The notes under the pieces are model-generated. The model did no database searches, had not been told where the DNA came from, and saw nothing but the letters and a program-made list of their open reading frames with translations. Below, piece after piece: positions 11,438 through 23,744 of a stretch of 61,177 nt of DNA. Source of the stretch: Hydrurus foetidus (taxonomy: Eukaryota); assembly GCA_900617105.1 (NCBI GenBank), contig UYFQ01000115.1, positions 1 through 61,177 of the forward strand. The letters are read 5' to 3'. The position numbers were made by a program, and so were the translations under genes. The stretch's first letter is position 1, and each line of letters starts with the position of its first letter.

Positions 11438-14307
11438 TTATTTAATATTATTTCGTAAAGACTTGTCAACGAGCCTGTGCGTTAGGTATTCGAAAAGTGG
11501 TAGTGGAACTCTTTTCGTACCTATGTCTGAGTTGTTTTCGCCCGAAGGGATTTTAACAATGACACAGGTACCATCGGCGACTTTGTCCTTAAAGTAGTTT
11601 TCGCTCAGGTCAATGTGACGAAGGTTCTTGGTCATGTGTGTATGATTTGAAGCATCAACACAAGCAGAATTGTCTTCTTCGATGACTGTAGGAGCTTGTG
11701 TCCATCCCATGTGGTTTAGTATGCCCCGGAGGGGAATGACATCGGATTTTAGTGCGTGATTAACTGCCTTGATTTCGGATTCTGCAGTTGATGATGAGAT
11801 GCTGCCTTGGTCGGTACTCTTCCAGCAGATGACATTGTCGGCGAGGTAGCCAATGTAGGAGGTCTGGGAGTGACGGTTGTCTTTGTTACCGGCGAGGTCG
11901 GCGTCGCATTGGAACTTCAACTGCAGTAGACTGGTCATCGTAGCGATGTCGGTGGGACCGTCGTGTGTGGTGAATTTCAGTCTATCCATCTTGGCGTATT
12001 TGACATATCGAAGTAGGTGTTTAAGGAACTTGATGTGTCGTGCACCTGGACTGTTACTATATCTGGATAGTATGTTGAGCGCGTACATGATTGTAATCAA
12101 TGTGTGTACCATTCCGTACATAAGTTGACCAACTACCCGTCGGTAGGGATACTTATTATACATGTGCCTATCGAGATCGGTAGAGTTGTCCGCCTTGGAC
12201 AGACTCTCACCAGAAGGTGGATATGGTAGATGCTCATCGGCGGCGCCAGCAAGGTTGGCCTCCGATACGATGGATGTAATCATGCGTGACTGATCCATGT
12301 AGTAGTTGAAGTTGTCATCGCATGTAATGCGGATGCCGACGAACTCTTTGGAGGTCGCGTCGGTGACTTCATACTTGTGGGAGTTGAATGTAGCGATGAG
12401 GAGATCCCATTCGCTAATGAGTGCAAGTGGTCCGAACCATCTGAAGTCGTCTGAGTGTGCTATCAGGAGTAGGGGTTGACCTTGGACCCACTTAAAGAAG
12501 AACTTTAAGTCCCACGGTGTGTTTTCGTATCCACATTCGCGTACACATTTGTCGAATTCCTTTGAGAAATTCTGGCCTGCTGGTGGAAAACCGTAGAGGT
12601 TGCCAATGGCTTGAAAGCATGTGCCAAAAGGTGTGGTGTAACCTTGAGGTGTCTTGATGTGAACGGGAAAGTCGGGGTTAGCGAGTGTGATTAAGTAGGC
12701 GCCTACTAAATCTCCTCCCCGCATGGATAATTTGTAGGTTGCGGCGATGACGAGTGCAATCTTGATCGATGACGCATTGACATTACCGCAGTATACTGCG
12801 TAGGGGTCGAAGTCGACCCAGGGTATCATGAGATCACCACGACCTACGAGGCGGGCCTTCTTAGTGCCGTCAGTCTTGATACTGAAGAGCCACATCATTG
12901 GTACGAGGTGCTGGCCGGTGAAGGGGACAGACCGGAAGCAGTTGTTGACTTCAAACTTTGTGCGCTCAGTGTTGATGGCCTGTTCCCACTCTGGGTACTG
13001 CATTGCGGTCCAGAAGTCTTTGGGGATGTAGGGATCCTTGATTTGGACTGCTATGTTGTAGTGCAGGACACGGAAGAGGTGAACAGGGAAGCATGTGGAA
13101 GAACTGGTGTAGGTGGACCAGTATATCATGTCATCGTTGACTGAGTGCTCTGTCTCAGGTACAGGGGTTATATAGTCGGGGTCGATAAGGGGTGCAGGTG
13201 AGGGGAGGCCGGGTAGGTCGACTCGCTCAGGCACCACAATAGGGTCATTATCATTATCAGTATAGTAGAGGGACGGGATGAGGGCGAAGGCCTCGTCGGT
13301 AGGGAAGTGTGCATCTGAGTCATGCTTGAAGTTGTTGTGCATGTCGAAGATGACATCCTTACTGACTCGAACAGTACCGTAGGTGTTCTTGGGTAGTATT
13401 TCTAATACTAAATATTGTGGTACTAGTATAGATGTAAAACTATAACCAACGAACCGAGCACGGTAGGCACGAGGTGACCCAACTTTACTTTTCTGATCTT
13501 TGGGTGCGTGCTTGACATAGCAGGGTGCCCAGAATGGTCGAAGCATCCTGATGTCCACGTGTTGCCCAGAAGTGAAGTGATACGGAGAAGTACCAATACG
13601 CTTGTTAAGGTTAAAGGAATGAGTAACACATGCATAGGACATTGCAAGGTCCCAGAACTTCATTGGCACATGCGGAACAGGGGTTATCATGGCAACGTTG
13701 GTCTTGAGAGCTACAATGCCGACTGCTCGCTCAGCGATGCCGTTGGCATGTTTGTCACGAGGTGCAGTGTGCTCAAGTCGGTATCGGTATCGGGCGCAAA
13801 GCGCAGTAAATTCTTCAGATCGGTAGTTGGCCTCTGGGTCATGCCGGATGAAGCGATCAACCCCAGGGTATTGTGGTTCCATTGGGGGGTTAGGTCGAAG
13901 AAGGCTGCAATGCGGGCACAGAGTTCAGAGGCGGACCGGTCTTTTGTATATACAGGATAGTATTGTCCCGACGCGAGGTCGGTGAGGATGTGAGTGTAAC
14001 GGTAGTTACGGAATGATGGAGTCGAGTGGGTATAGGCATCCAAGGAGAACTGCTGGCCGACGAGGGTAGTGGTGTCTCTGTGAATGCGACGATAGTCTGT
14101 GGATGCTTGACGCATGGCGCCATGGGCGCATCCAGGACAGACCGGACGGGAGGTGTGTGCATCTTTGGTGGTGAAGCGAGCATTGAGGGAATGATCGCGG
14201 TGCCATGCCATGCCTGGAAGACCGGGGTGGCCTGTGGCTTGATGCACGTGGTCGTACAGTGAAGCGGGAGTATAGTGTGTGACCAAAAGACTCTCCCGAG
14301 TGGTTGG
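11438..14307 (-). CDS. copia C integrase-RT-RNase H (one frameshift near the G run at ~13885)
   Basis: ORF 13711-14286 (H..GH..C..C, SLDAY) plus ORF 11438-13882 (NGIAERAV, KKARLVGRGD, LYGFPPAG, HSDD, DADLAG, KNLRHID). Confidence 0.92.
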
Positions 14308-17300
14308 TCAGTAGGGAGTCTCCACGTAGAGGCCGTCTTGGACGGTTCCACGGGTGACCTCCTTTCCATGCTGAGCTACCAGTGCAATGTAGGGAAGGGC
14401 TGATGCAGTCTCATAGAAGCGGAAGTCTTTATGAGTGAAGATGCCGATGAAGTGGTCGTTGGTGACACCGCCAGCGCAGAACTGGGAGACAGAGACAAGG
14501 GTGCTGTCGCCTAGTGCAGGGAGAAGGAGGGTGCTAAGCTCCAACGGTCCGAGGCTGCCTTGGTGTGTTGGTGTCATGGACGGACCGAATGCAGGGGTGA
14601 CTGTGACGGATGTGCTGACAGGTTCAATGCTGGTAAGACGTTGGGAGCGGCCGGTGCCAGAGCGTGAAGCACCAGAGTCGAAGATGACTTTGTCGGGGAC
14701 GTGGAACGAGTTGAGTCTCTCATGTTGGGACTTGACGACGAATGTGTTGAGCTTGGAGTCGGAGGTACCGCCGGATGGTGCAGGAGGGCGAGCTGATGCA
14801 AGCGGAGGGCGAGTACTGTTGAAGGCATGTCGGACATTTGTCGAGCGTTGAGATCCGACTGGTGGAGTCATTCGGTGGCGCTGGGCACGAGGCATAGTGA
14901 AAGGCGAGTCGGATGCAAGTGGTTGCGCGGCTTGCCAACGTTTGAGTGACCCGGTAAGAGGGTCAGAGGGTGTCGATGGAACAGGTGGTAACGGAGTATT
15001 GAACTCCGGAAGCGTAGTGGGAATCGATGCAGAAGGTGAGGCGGAAGAGGATGCTGACGAGGACGAGGTAGTGTCTTGACGCTTAGTGTCCCCTTGAGCC
15101 TGGTCTTTCTGGAATGCGATGCCGCGCTTCCTGGCGTTGTACCGCTGAAGTTCCATGGATGCGTCCGGTGGTACCCATGGGGATGCGTCTGATGGAGGGA
15201 CCATGTGACGTGTGACGGCTCCATGTAGGTAGTTGACATAAGAGAGGGCGCATCGAGGGCCACTGATGTTATGTGTTGGACAGGACATGTTGTACGGGAG
15301 GAAACAGATGGAGTCTTCGACAGAGGATTCCGAATCGCTCTCATAGTTCCGCAAAGTGTATCTTTGGCGTATGTTCTGTGGGGCTGTAGATGCTGCGAGG
15401 TCCCTGGCGAGAGATACTGTGCGGTAGTGTGACTCGGTGGGTTCAACAGGATCAGGTCCGACGAAGAGGCTGTTGGGTGTAACATGAAATGCATCGGGTA
15501 GGACATGCTGGATTACGACTCGAATAGCTTGGATGAATGACTCGTTCGATCCAGTTCGTGTCATAAGACCGTCAACGTGCGCATCAACTTCCGTGAGCAT
15601 GAGTATGCGAAGTGTGGGAATGTTGTGCCAGGAGTTGCCGGGTGCATTGGCATATCGGGCAAGCTGTGCTGCGACCCAGGAGGCACAGTCATAGATGAGG
15701 ACACTTTCAAATATCGCCATGTGGTCTGGACTGATCTGGTCGTCGAGGTACAGAGCAGTGTGGACGAGGAAGTAAAAGAAAATGTTCCCGACTGTGGACT
15801 GATAGGTGGTGATGTCTTCAATCAAGGTTGGATTGAAGGTGCGGTAGTGCCCTGGGTCATACTCAAGATTGGGTGGAGTCGGCGGCTCAGTGTTGGCGAG
15901 CAGCAGGTTGCGAGCAATCTTGTGGATGAGGTTCATATACCGAGAGTATCCGTCTCTGACATCAGCGCGGCAGTTGCTGAGGGTGGTTGGGGATACCCAG
16001 CCGAAAATAGCGAGGTATATATGAGGCGCCGGTGTAGGGGATCCAGGCAAGGCGGGACGGTTCACATAGATGATGAAGTCATTTGCTGAGAGGGGCTGCT
16101 GATGAATGCGGTGGTGGACCACAGTGTAGTACTGAAGGATGTACGTGGAGCATTGTCGGCAGATACCCTGGAAGACAGTGGAGGAGGTGACTTCGTCATT
16201 GGTGAGGAAGGCCCAGGTACGTGTGAAGGCATCGACTTCTTCTTGCATTGGGGTCCCATATGTTGGCGAGGAGATGTTCTGATGGCGCGGCGTGTCCCAT
16301 GCTGTAGCATTCTCTGGGGCGACAGGAGTCGGGGGGTACCCAGGAGTACTGGGGTAGATGCTGGTTGAGTATGTTCGGAACGTACGTACGGTCGGAGCAT
16401 TATGGGAGAGGCGGCATTAGAAGATGGACGAGTTGGAGATCGCAGTGGTGAGTGTCCTGATGGAGGGAGTCCTGGCGGAAGTGCTAACTCGAGAGGAGGA
16501 TTAGACGGTGTATCCGGAGGAGGTGCTGGGTCAGTGTCGGTGACTCGGAACATGTTGAGGGAGAAGCGAACATACCCGGAGGGTTCGGCGTTATCCAAAA
16601 GCGTGTTGTTCTGCCATCCGTCCTCAGGGTTGATGTTGGGTCCGTTGGTAAGAAGCTTCATGGGGATGTTGCTCTTGAGGTAAGGGACGCGGCCATCGAT
16701 ACTCGTCACTGGGAAGGTCTGCTTGGGAGGGTACTTGCCCTTGGCTTTGATCCGGTTCTTGTCCGTGACTGGAGCGGATCCAGGTGGGGCAGGAGGATGT
16801 GCTTTGCCAGAGGGAGGTGTCGCTGCCGGTTGCTTAGCAGGGGCATGATAGTACTTGCACTTGTTGCCGAGAAGGCAGGTACCAGCGAGGAACTTGCGGC
16901 AGGCTTCAGGGGTAGTGGACAAGGCAGCTATCTTGACCGGCTTGTCTTGGAGGAGGGCATACTCGGAATATACAACGGCTCTCTCCAAAGTTTGGTGATA
17001 TGTGAGCATGTTGCTATGGCACGACATAAAGTAGGACTTGGTGTTGGGGCGGTGGTCGTTCATGAAGGCGTTGTGAAGGAATTGAAGGCGCTCCTGCTCG
17101 GTGCTCGGTCTGGCCTGGGCATACTCGAATTCTGTCATTAACGTTGTAAACCTCACTAAATCCTCTTGAAAACAAGTAGCCGTGGAGCCCTTGAAGTTTT
17201 GTAGAAGTCGCCTAAGTCGGTTGATGTCTGCTTCAGTATGTCCGTAGTAGTGCTTGTGCATACGTTTATAAATAGCGATCCCATCGCGAGAGGTAAAGGA

Positions 17301-18056
17301 ATCGGCACATAAATAGTGGGTAGACTCGCTGAAAGCGTTCAACATGACGTTGTAGAGACGTTTCTTGTCGTGGGCCCATCGTGTAACATCGTCGGCGGGT
17401 ACATAATTGAAGGTGCCGTCCAAATTCTCCGACGTTGTAGGCTCCGAGTATCCTGATGGGTTAAGCCTCGTTGGGATTGGCTCGCGACGCGTGCCCATCG
17501 CCATTGGGTAGAGTCCAACGACATGGAGCATGTTGTCGAGAGCTTTGAAGCGCTTGTTAGATCCCACAGTCGTTGTGGTGATCTGATTTTGCTTGATGCT
17601 ATCCATCTCTGAAGAGGTCGTCAGAACGAGATCGAGTTTTAGCCGTTTTAACTCCAAAACGGATTCCAGAGCGGCATTATATGATAGCCCATGTGCTGAA
17701 ACTTCTGCCGAAGTTTGGCGCGGTGGCGTGGCTTCCTCTGCATGGGAGCCTCGTCGAGGTCGGTTTGGTGTCGAAGGATTTTGACGATTTGCCGTCGAGC
17801 TGGTGACCAAATTTTGAGTTTGGGCTCTTATGGCCTCGGCGACACGTTCATCGAACTCTGCAAGGGTCATGGAGAGCATGCGCGGCAGCTGGGCGCGGCT
17901 GGGAGTCTCTAGCCCAGTTGGGTCATGGTATTCCTCGTTGTTTTGGTCTGTGTTGTCGGACGATCGTAGCATCATGGCCGACTTGAGATATCTGTTGTGT
18001 TGAGATACCGTTGATATATTGATACTATATCGATGATTGCTGAACTTTCTATGCAA
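14308..18056 (-). CDS. copia C gag with CCCH zinc finger, large unknown insert and aspartic protease (frame change near 16331-16336)
   Basis: ORF 16062-18056 (copia gag-like helical region, CRKFLAGTCLLGNKCKYYH) and ORF 14308-16248 ending in a VIFDSGASRS...TLVSVSQFC protease. The start codon is uncertain. Confidence 0.85.
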
Positions 18057-18065
18057 TCGCTACCA
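18051..18065 (-). other. tRNA primer-binding site of copia C (initiator tRNA-Met-like)
   Basis: TGGTAGCGATTGCAT directly after the 5' LTR; TGGTAGCG matches the start of the yeast Ty1 iMet PBS. Confidence 0.75.
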
Positions 18066-18573
18066 TGTGAGTCAGACTGTGGAGTGAAGCGAGCTACCTG
18101 TTGGCTGCGGAAGCGCAAAGGAAAGACTGGCTGATGGAAGTGGTCTCGGAAGACGTGTTTACTTACAACGATCAAGTAGTAAAACAACTGGCGATGATAT
18201 CAGAGAAGACAACCATCAAAGAAGCAGAGCAAAGCATCCATTGTGCATGAAATGGTGATCGCCGAAGTGGAAACATATTCAGCGAATATTCAAGTTGGCG
18301 ATTGAGCAATGGGCGGAACCCTCGCTGCTCATGAAATCGGATGCTTGGTGGAAACCGGATACCTGGTGGGAATCCGGATGCTTGGTGGTGAAAAACCGGA
18401 TGCTTGGTGATGGCCCCGAAGGGGGATATCGCTAGAAGAACGATGAGCGTATGTACACAACAGTGTATGGCGGTGTTTTGGGTGAGGAAGCGCTACACTA
18501 CTTGTGACATGTGAATGCTAATCTACAGATGAAACTATGCTAACAGATCATGCATGAATATGCTGGACTGACA
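18066..18573 (-). repeat. 5' LTR of copia C
   Basis: 508-bp copy of 10723-11230. Confidence 0.96.
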
Positions 18574-21460
18574 GTTCCTCCACATTAAACCGGAACGGGG
18601 TTAAGTCCGCGGCTCTTTCCGCGAGTACATCACTGAAGATGTCTCGGTATTCCATGACAAGATCTTTTAATCTGTGTACTTGGGTCTCACTACCCGCGAA
18701 CACAAATTGCTCTAAGAAAGCTTTGGTGTCGCCCTCCCCTCTATGAAGGTCCTTGTTGTCGCTGAAGAAGGCACCGAAAGTGTCGACTTTCTCATTATCA
18801 ATCTCATCAACGGAGACCATGATACCACTGGGCTTAACGCAGACAGGGTGGAGAATATCTTCGCTTGTTATAAGTGGTGTGTGCGAAGGGGTGTGAGGGA
18901 GGTCGACACCCGGACGCGGTGTATCGTCCGTACGTACAGCCAAGGCAGCAACTACGTTGCCTGGAAGCTGACGACCCTCGTTGCCACGAGCCGGGCGGTT
19001 AGCAAGACCGTTGTGGGCTGCACACTTACAATCTGGCGAGCATATAGTCTGCTGAGTGTCGGTGACGGGTACCAAAGATGCAACCACATGGTCTATGGTA
19101 GATGGTGGGGGACCATACTTAGCCTTCATCTTCGCCGCGAGTTTCGCTCTCTCCTTTGCTGCTTTCTTGCGCTGTGAGGGGTTCAACTTCTCAGGAGTAC
19201 GTGCTGGCAACGTCTCCGCTTCAGCGACAGCTGGTGTCGAAGCAATCACCTTAAAGGATAGCGGTTTCGCCTTGGCCGTCTTACGGGAGTAGTCCTTAGG
19301 GGGCTTATCCGGTTTGGCCGAGACGGGCTTTTTAGCTGCCAGAGGTGGCGGTTGTGGTGCGGACGGTGCTTTGAAACCCAAAGCGGATGGTGTCAAAATG
19401 TTAAAATTATTTAGCGCTAGGGTTGTCCGACCCACAATTAAATCGATTTCTTGGTCAGGGTTAACGTTAACCGTGAAGTACACCGTGTGTATAATATCGT
19501 CGTGCGATTGAAAAATAATGCCTATGTCTACAACATTGACACTCAGATAGCAGGTGCGATCCAGGCCACTGCATACAGTCATGGGAACAGGTGAGGTGTA
19601 GATGTATGACAGTGCATTCATTCTGACTAAGCAGTCACGCGAAATGAAATTCCCCGGAAAGCTTCCTGTGTCCAGCAGCGCATCCCCCTCGACTTGTTTC
19701 GAGTGTCCTATTACCGCGTCCTGCGTGTCTTTACGCTGTACAGCAAAGATATTACAAGACAAGTAATCAGTCGGGTTAGTCGAGATGGGCGGTTGCACAT
19801 CCGAGAGTACAAGGTCCGTACGTACGGGGATGGGTAAGACAACTGAAAGTGCAGGTAACGCAGTAAGCGGCTGTATGGCAGCAACAATGTCAGATGCAGG
19901 CGCGAGTGCATGGACAGAGTCTACAGCAGCTAGAGACTTACTTCCTTTGTTGGATCTTGGTTGGGAACTGCTCCTAGGCTGGGAGCTGCCCCTGGCCCTG
20001 TTGTGGCGTGATCCCTGTCCGCCTCCCTTCTTGTTGTCGTACTTACGACTGTCTCGGCGGTCATCGTCTCTGTCACGACTGCGTTCGCGGTTGGAAGAAC
20101 GGCCACGGTCTGCGCGTCGCTCGCGTGCTTTGCGTTCGTTCAGATCGCGGTCGTCTCTCTCCCGCTCCTGCAGCGTGCGTCGGTCTCGCGCGGGACGGTC
20201 GTCCTCAGACTCACTGTTGTAACGGACTCGCTTGGATGTATCCGCATCCTCTGAGGACTCCTCCGCGCGTTTCTTCCGACGAAGTTCCCATCCTGGTAGA
20301 TACAGGTGCTCTATGAAGGTGTCATGACCCTCAGCCATCCATGCCTTTCCCATCGCAGACTCCCCCCATAACACGTGGTACTGGTTATTCGTGTCATGAA
20401 GGCCTTTGAAGGGGCAGTCCGCAACCCGGTGTGTTGCGAAACCGCAGCACTGGCATTCAGTCGGATCCGTGCTGTACGCTCGGCGCTCGCTCCTTTGTTG
20501 CACTAGGTCTGACGTCGAACGAGAGGAGGCTGACGCAGCTGAGTTGCTGGGACCAGACCATCCTACCGCTGATGCCGTGGACTTGACGCTAGTGGGTGGG
20601 AAGGTGTGGACGATAGAGGTATCGCCGTACTGAGCCACCTTGAATAACGCCTGGCGTGCGACTGCGAGTGTCTTGCAGAACCTGTAGACGCATGTCAACC
20701 AGGTGTCTTCGGTCTGAGGGTTGTTGGGGTTCGACACGAACGCGACCATCCTTTCGACCTTGTCTGCCTTCTTCATGTCGAAGTAGTCGTGGCGGATCTG
20801 GGACTCTTCCGCCGCGACACGCTTCTCGAAGATCTTAATGAGGTCCCTCTGTTGTTCCTCAGTGATCTCCCCCACCGTACGGGTGTACCCCTTGATGACC
20901 TCCTTGTAATCCGCCATCATCAGTATCTCATGATCTTCATTATCGATGCAGTACTGGAACTTGACTTTGGAGAACACCTCGGCCAGGGTCTTCTTCTCAT
21001 CGTGTCGCTTGCCAAAGTACTGGCTGACAAGACGAGCGATTTGAAGGTGCGACAGTCTTGTCCTCCACAGGGAAACCTCCGACTTGTTGAGGACCTTTAG
21101 GGACGGATCGCACCGGATTTTCATGTCCAGTGTGTCCATGGCCGCCTCAGTCATAGTCTGCTGGATGTCGATGGAGTCGCCCATGGTGACGGCCTGCGCA
21201 AGGAACCTCTCAGCTTGATCCGAGCTGATGAGAGTGTTCTGTAACACAAAGAGTTTCTTGTTGAAAGAAAGAGCTTTGGTTATAGATGACGCCAGGGAGT
21301 TTTGGGTCTCTCCTCCCCGTGATGTTAATGAAAGGTTTAGCTCATTAACCGGGCTTGGAGGTCCCGTATTCCCTGTTTCCGCAAACCTCCTGATCTCCTC
21401 CTCTGATAATTCCGGTTCTGGAGGAGGGGAGGGCGTTGGAAGTGGTTGCTCTGGTGTCAT
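18574..21460 (-). CDS. gag-protease portion of gypsy B
   Basis: Uninterrupted ORF with CQCCGFATHRVADC knuckle, R/D/S-rich tract and LLDTGSFPGN protease; joins 10722-8037 in frame when C is removed. Confidence 0.93.
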
Positions 21461-22192
21461 CCTTTTGAAGAGCTGCTAAGCAGGCTGCTTCTGACCGGAG
21501 CGCTTTTAATTGAATTCCTCGAAGTATTCTCCCTCTTGAAAAAAAAATTGCAAGGGGTTTGCCTCGTGCCGTATCGGTTGGACAGGTGTCTGATCGATTT
21601 GGTTAGGCGAATGAAGCAGGTGAAAAATAAAATACAAAGGTCTTCGACTATAGGCACTTGAGATCCGGTCTTCGGCTCACCAAACAGGTTCCTGTTGGCC
21701 AATCCAAAGGAGCAGGCGTTGCCGCTTTGAGTCTTGAACAGGCCTGAAGCCCTGTTGATGATCGCCCGCGAAGTCTTTTGCAATTCAGATAGGGGATACC
21801 TATGTTGCTTCAAACAGGTATTGACTTCTGTTCTTCAGCTGGCGTCGAAACGGCTTAGAGCTGGCAACTGATATAGCAATCGGGAATCCGTGAAGATCTT
21901 GAAGTCCTCCTTTGAAGATCTTGAAAACTCTTGAAATTCTTGAGCTTGAGAGTCTTGATCGGCTGTTGAAATTCAGATAGGGGATACCTATGTTTCACCG
22001 ATTGCGCCAAGTCGTGAGAAACGTGTCGAAATGACAACGTTTGTCAAATCCTGAGTTCTCCAACCAAATGCTTTGGAAGGACTTCTGAAAACTCGGTGGA
22101 CCGCGTGGACAGAAGTCTAGCTAAATAGGTGGATGGGTAGTAGGGGGCCAAGTAGTAGAATTTAGAAGGGAAAGCGGAACGAGCAGATCTAC

Positions 22193-22408
22193 TGTAGTCC
22201 AAATGAAGCAAGAGGTGTCAGAAAGGTAGTTAGGCTTACAACGAGAAAGAGTGGGGATGGGTTTGCAGAGGTGTAAAACTCTGCATGCAAGGCGTTGCAA
22301 GGTAACTAACAGTCTGTGAGAGGTCAGAAGGACTCTCAGCCACATGTACGGACAGCTATACGGTACTACGGAGGGTAGGAATGTGGTACTAAATCCTGTA
22401 CCATCACA
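22193..22408 (-). repeat. 5' LTR of gypsy B
   Basis: 216-bp copy of 7523-7738 with 3 substitutions by eye. Confidence 0.96.
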
Positions 22409-22412
22409 GAAA

Positions 22413-23744
22413 CACCTCTGCAATCAAGAGTTTCGCTGCTGACTTCCAAGGAGTCTCATCAACTGCGGCTTATCAGAGATTGAACACTTGGAAGAAAGAC
22501 CTTAGTGGCGGGAAAGAAGAAGGGACTTTGAAATCACGAATGCCGGCCTGTGGTGATGAGATTGATAAACTGATCTTAGCCGATTTTCATGCGGCTAGAA
22601 GTGCAGGAGTATCAGTTGATGATGAATGTTTACGGCGCTATTTGGTCGTTCACCTAGTTGCTGCAGGGAAACAAGGACTGTTGCTTGAAGAAGGCGGAAA
22701 TATACCTACGGGCCTTCATGGGCAAAAAGGTTTTACGCGCGCCAAAATCTTGTTCTTAGAGTGTGCACTACCAAAATGCGAGAAATTCCCACAGACTTCG
22801 AGGAAAAGAAACGCAAGTATCTGAGGATAGGAGCTGAGCTGATTTCTAGACATAGAGTCCCTCCAGAGCTAGTAATCAACGGGGATGAAACAGCCGTTCT
22901 CTTGGTGAATCGAGCTAAAGTAACTAGAAATACTGCTGGAGCAAAGCGAGTCCGAATACTCGGTATGGGTGAAGACAAAGCGCAGATAACAGCTACCATC
23001 TTTGCGACAGAGGCAGGCAGCATCCTACCGTATCAAATGATTTTTCAAGGCAAGACTGACAGAGTGCATCCCCCAAAGAGCACGAAACCAGATGATTGTG
23101 TGTGGACGCATACCAGTAGCCATTGGCAGACAGTGGCGAGCTACATAGAACTTCTCGAAAGTGTAATTGTGCCTTACAAGACCAACATGATTGCAGCTCT
23201 CGGTCTGCCACCCAACCAAGGAACCATCCTAAAACACGACCTACACTTCACTCACAAGGATGCGGCTATATTGGAGTTTATGAGGCAAAACAACATTTAC
23301 CCACAGTACGTTCCGGCAGGCTGTACGGACATATTGCAAGAGTGCGATGTCGTGATTAACAAACCCTTCAAGAATGCATTATGTAAAGGATACAGAGATC
23401 ACATCGATTATTTGTTTAGAATTCACAGAGAGAGTGGAGCCCCTGCTACAGAATTCTCGCCCAAACTTACTATGGGTGCTCTGAGACCTTTTCTTACTGG
23501 TTTTGTTCAGAGGGGCATTGAAGCATTAAAGACGCCGGAGATGAAGGCATGCATACAGAAATCGTTTGCTACTGATGGTTGCTTCGAAATCATGAGGTCT
23601 GACGAGATGCAGCTAGCCGTACAATTTGAAACAACTCAGTTTGTTGATAATTCAGTTGCAATTGTGGAGGGAGTTGAAAATAATGAGGATGTTGATAACT
23701 TGGGTTTTGTTTCTAATGACGGCAGTGGTGACCAGAGTGATTAA
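22413..23744 (+). pseudogene. pogo transposase: CENP-B-type HTH and DDE_1 catalytic domain (frameshift near 22700)
   Basis: INGDETAV ... LKHDLHFTH ... LQECDVVINKPFK with 35 residues between the 2nd and 3rd D; HTH-like EIDKLILADFHAARSAGVSVDDECLR. Confidence 0.9.

Larger units (their letters stand above)
10723..18573 (-). mobile_element. Ty1/copia LTR retrotransposon C, full length, nested in gypsy B
   Basis: 508-bp LTRs 10723-11230 and 18066-18573 that look identical; 5-bp TSD GTTCC (10718-10722 / 18574-18578); order gag-PR(DSGAS)-INT-RT(KARLV, HSDD)-RH(DADLAG, SSTAESE, EDN). Confidence 0.97.
7523..22408 (-). mobile_element. Ty3/gypsy chromovirus-like LTR retrotransposon, copy B (family 1), interrupted by copia C
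   Basis: LTRs 7523-7738 and 22193-22408; 4-bp TSD GAAA (7519-7522 / 22409-22412); same domains as A. Confidence 0.97.

Noticed and set aside
21457..21813. 118-aa upstream ORF whose stop overlaps the gag ATG (ATGA), suggesting termination-reinitiation
   Set aside because: Starts at TTG, and the frame is broken by indels in copy A; no conservation evidence.
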